Of a stretch of DNA of 45,006 nt, positions 41,892 through 45,006 are shown piece by piece. Origin of the DNA: Folioceros fuciformis (Eukaryota). Below the pieces are notes generated by a model that was given only the letters and a program-made list of their open reading frames with translations, did not search any database and was not told where the DNA came from. The translations under genes and the position numbers were made by a program. Within the stretch, counting starts at the first letter, position 1; each line of letters opens with the position of its first letter. The stretch covers positions 381,034 to 426,039 of the forward strand of contig JBNGIO010006316.1 of assembly GCA_049999805.1 (NCBI GenBank), given 5' to 3'.

Positions 41892-43738
41892 TTCTCCCCC
41901 ACTTAAGCTGTACAGGTCCTCTTGACCGATCTGTCTGGGAGCTTGGGAAGCTTTCATCTGAGCCCACGAGTGAGGGAAGCGATTGCAAAAGGCTGCGGGT
42001 TCCCAAGTCGCAACACTGTCGGGTTCGCCTGTCCAGGCCACGAGGAAGTCCGACACACAGCGAGATCAGAGCTGGAGGTCGCGGCGCTGGAGGATACGAT
42101 GGGGCTGGTGAGGGCCAAAACTTGGCGGCTGTGCCAGGGTTTCCGAACCATAGCTGTCTGGAACGGCGGGACTGGCCACGGCGGGACATTGATCAGTGTA
42201 GCCGCCTTGGGTTGGGCTGGGCTGGGCTGAGAAGAAGGGTGTGGATCTAGTCGCTGTTCAGCAGAAGGGTCTGTTGGGTGTGCAGGTTGGGCTGTGGCCG
42301 CGGGTGGCGGGCGGGAGATCACTGGCTTGAGCATGGAGACGTGGAACGTCCTGCAAAGGTGCCAGTCAACGGGGAGGTCGAGCTGGTACGCTTCCGTTTA
42401 GCTGGTAGTCTGTTTCTCATGAGTGAAGTGGCGAAGCATGTCTTCCAGGACCTGGTTTTGTTTCTCTGTTTGCCCGTCTGTTTTTGGATGATATGCTGAC
42501 GACATGTTTTGCTTGATGCCCAGGGTTTCCATGAATGTCCTCCAGAATCCTGAGGTGAACTTAGCATCCTGGTCAGAGACGATGTCTTCTACGGCTCCAT
42601 GCAACCTGAAGATCTCATGGATGAATACCCCAGCGAGCTTGGATGCTGTGATGGTGGAGGTCACAGGAACAAAATAGCAGGCCTTGGAGAACTTGTCAGT
42701 GACCACCCAGATACCGTCTTTTCTAGAATGGGTACGTGGCAAGTGGGTGATGAAGTCCATGGCAATTGACCTGAATCGTCCACTTGGAATTTGCAGGGGT
42801 AATAACAGACTTGGCGTCTTCTGATGGCTGGGCTTGGCTTGCTGGCAAGATTGGCAGGAGCGTACCCATTTGATGCAGTCAGTGCGCATCCCTTCCCAAT
42901 GGAAGTTCTCCTTAACTTTGGCATATGTCTTGTCAATGCCCAGGTGACCCAAAATGGGCGAATCATGCATGTCATGCAGGATGGCCTGTTTCACCTCCAT
43001 GAGCTGTGAAGGGATGACCAGTCTCCCCTTTCGATACACACAAGCATCCTGGAGGGAATACTGCTGGGTAAGTGTTGTAGGGACCCCCAACTGTGCATCT
43101 GTCAATAGTTGTTTGTACAGTTGCAACAAGGCTGGGTCATGGGGAATCCCATCCCGGACTAATTGAATTGTTTAGGATTATGTTCTCATGAGGGTGCAGG
43201 CACGTCGACTCAAGGCATCTGAGACCACATTAGTCGAGCCTGACACATACTGGATCTCCAGGTGGTAGTCTGCCAGGGCTTCAGCCCACCGTCGCTGCCG
43301 AGCATTCAAGTTGGGCTGAGAGAAGAAATGCTGCAAGGAGTGATGATATGTGTGACACACCACTTTCTGTCCCAGGAGGTAATGTCATCAAACTTTCAGG
43401 GCATGGGTAATGGCCAGCATTTCCTTATCATGCATTGGATAGTTTAGCTGTGCTCCTTGCAACTTCCTACTTTCATAGGCGATTGCCCTCCCTTGCTGGG
43501 ATAGACCGCCCCTATGGCGTAGTATGACGCATTTGTATGGATTGTATATGGCATGTGAGGACTCTGCCACGGCCAGTACTGGAGCCGAGCCAAGGGCCTG
43601 CTTCAGCTACTCAAAAGCTGCGATGGCCTCTGCTCCTAGCTGTAAGGGCTTGTTTGTGGAATGCCTAAGGGCATCCGTCAGGCGTATAGCAATCATGTTA
43701 AAGCCCTTGATAAAACGCCTATGGAAGCCGGCCATATC
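41892..43738 (-). mobile_element. Ty3/gypsy chromovirus pol remnant (RT end, RNase H, integrase, chromodomain)
   Basis: AGFHRRFIKGF, AIAYESRKL..AQLNYP.HDKEMLAI, LNARQRRW, integrase HDSPILGH...CQSC, IAMDFITHLP, IVSDQD.KFTS.FW and SAYHPKTDGQTE. Chromodomain PHRILQRR..DFLVAWTGEPDSVATWEP at ~41970-42107. Stops, frameshifts and deletions are present. Confidence 0.92.
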
Positions 43739-43739
43739 A

Positions 43740-44001
43740 GGGTAGAGATCTGTGCAAAGTAGGATCGAGGACAGTTCTTGTAAAGAAACATGGAATAATT
43801 AATTTGTGGCCGTGAGGCCCTTTTGGGTCGCGTGCGCGTGAAGTGTCGCGGCTGTTCACAAGGCGTGACCCTTAACCGCCATTGGCTACAACGCTACGAA
43901 ACGCTATGGCGTTTCATACCTACGATCGTTCGTTAAATTAATAATTAGCAAATGCCTGACTATTTAAATAGCTAACCCTAGAATACTTGGTATTTTGACT
44001 A
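43740..44001 (-). mobile_element. Possible 3' LTR remnant of the copia element
   Basis: PPT-like AAGTGGGAG (44010-44002, - strand) followed by non-coding sequence with TATTTAAATA, ending where gypsy RT homology begins. Termini are not canonical TG...CA. Confidence 0.35.
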
Positions 44002-44327
44002 CTCCCACTTAGGCAGGCATACATTCATTGAATTTCGAGTTTTGCTTCAGTCCTCGCGCAAGTTACTTTAGCTTCCAGCTGCCATTGTCATGGGCGATGC
44101 TCGTTATGCACATAGATTGTGCGCTATGGTGAGCACTCAACTGCGCTCCCACTGCAGGTACTATCCATGCTTGTTACTGCTCACACTTTCTTGGTTGTGC
44201 ACAGAGCCGTGGTACAGGTGTTCCACCACCATGCCTAGACGCCAGTTCAGGCATAGCTGAAATCCTGAAGACGTGCACGAGTTATTATGCTTGTGCTATG
44301 CTGCTTGTGGAAGTATTTCTTGCTAGC

Positions 44328-45006
44328 TTAGGACCCGACAGTCAGGCCCATAGCCCTACAAAATCTTTCATGCTTGTCTTTAGGTAGCGGTTTTGTGAGG
44401 ATGTCAGACACATTTTCATTAGTCAGGACGTATTGCAGGTTAGCCTGCCCTTTTCTAACAACTTGACGTATGAAATGGTGTTTTATTTCAATATGCTTTG
44501 TGCGGGCGTGCTTAACTGGGTTCTTTGTTAATGCTATGGCTGATTGATTGTCACACAAAAGTAGGTGATTGATGCATGCTGAGGTTCACCCAATGAGGCA
44601 AGAACCTCCCTAGCATATACAATATCCTGAGGTGCAGTGGCTGTAGCTGCATACTCAGTGGAGGACAGAGCAACCACCTGTTGCTTCTTGCTATACCATG
44701 ATATGACAGTTGCATCATATTCGTTTGCCCTCAGCAGTAAGCAGTTTGCAGACGTGGACTTCCTTGTGTCAGTGTCCGACGCCCAGTCGGCATCAGAAAA
44801 AACAGGTCAGCAGTAAGTTTTCAGGACGCTTCTTGTACAGCAAGCCCAGTTTTGGTGTGCCCTTTAAGTAACGCATGCCCCTTTGAACTGCTGTCCAGCG
44901 AGATGTGCCATAGCAGGTCGGAAACTGTGCAGTTACTCCCACTGCGTGGGATAGGTCTAGACGTGTCCAGTTCCTACAGTAAATCAAAGAGCAGACAGCT
45001 GATCTA
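44328..45006 (-). mobile_element. Ty1/copia pol remnant (RT end and RNase H), running off the window
   Basis: TRLDLSHAVG, W.AV.R..RYLKGT..LGL.Y, DADWASD, WYSKKQQVVALSSTEYAA, and CDNQSAIAL.KNPV.HARTKHIEIKHHFIR..NVSDILTKPL. Frameshifted. Confidence 0.93.

Overview
Compact eukaryotic nuclear DNA from a land plant, with short introns (mostly about 80-130 nt), GC content near 50% by eye and tight gene spacing. A non-seed plant such as a hornwort is plausible, but that is inference. Seven apparently intact intron-containing genes were reconstructed by hand from splice sites: a GH1 beta-glucosidase (+); a minus-strand run of PDIL5-like thioredoxin, chloroplast-type NAD kinase, TVP38/TMEM64 and the giant HECT ligase UPL1; SHPRH (+, divergent from UPL1, with a 400-N gap in exon 1); and a SprT/Spartan-like protease (-). 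Accessory DNA at 3.6-6.8 kb holds an intron-retaining DEAD-box (RH18/DDX55-like) pseudogene fragment, a copia remnant and tandem repeats. Accessory DNA at 40-45 kb holds a retroelement nest: a CRE-like non-LTR element with a restriction-like endonuclease, a chromodomain gypsy element with PPT and LTR, and a copia element. The best candidate for an undescribed system is the adjacent UPL1-SHPRH-SPRTN trio (ubiquitin/PCNA-linked DNA-damage tolerance homologues) with a structured bidirectional promoter; this remains a hypothesis. No CRISPR, rRNA or tRNA genes were recognised. All family assignments come from motif recognition, not database searches.
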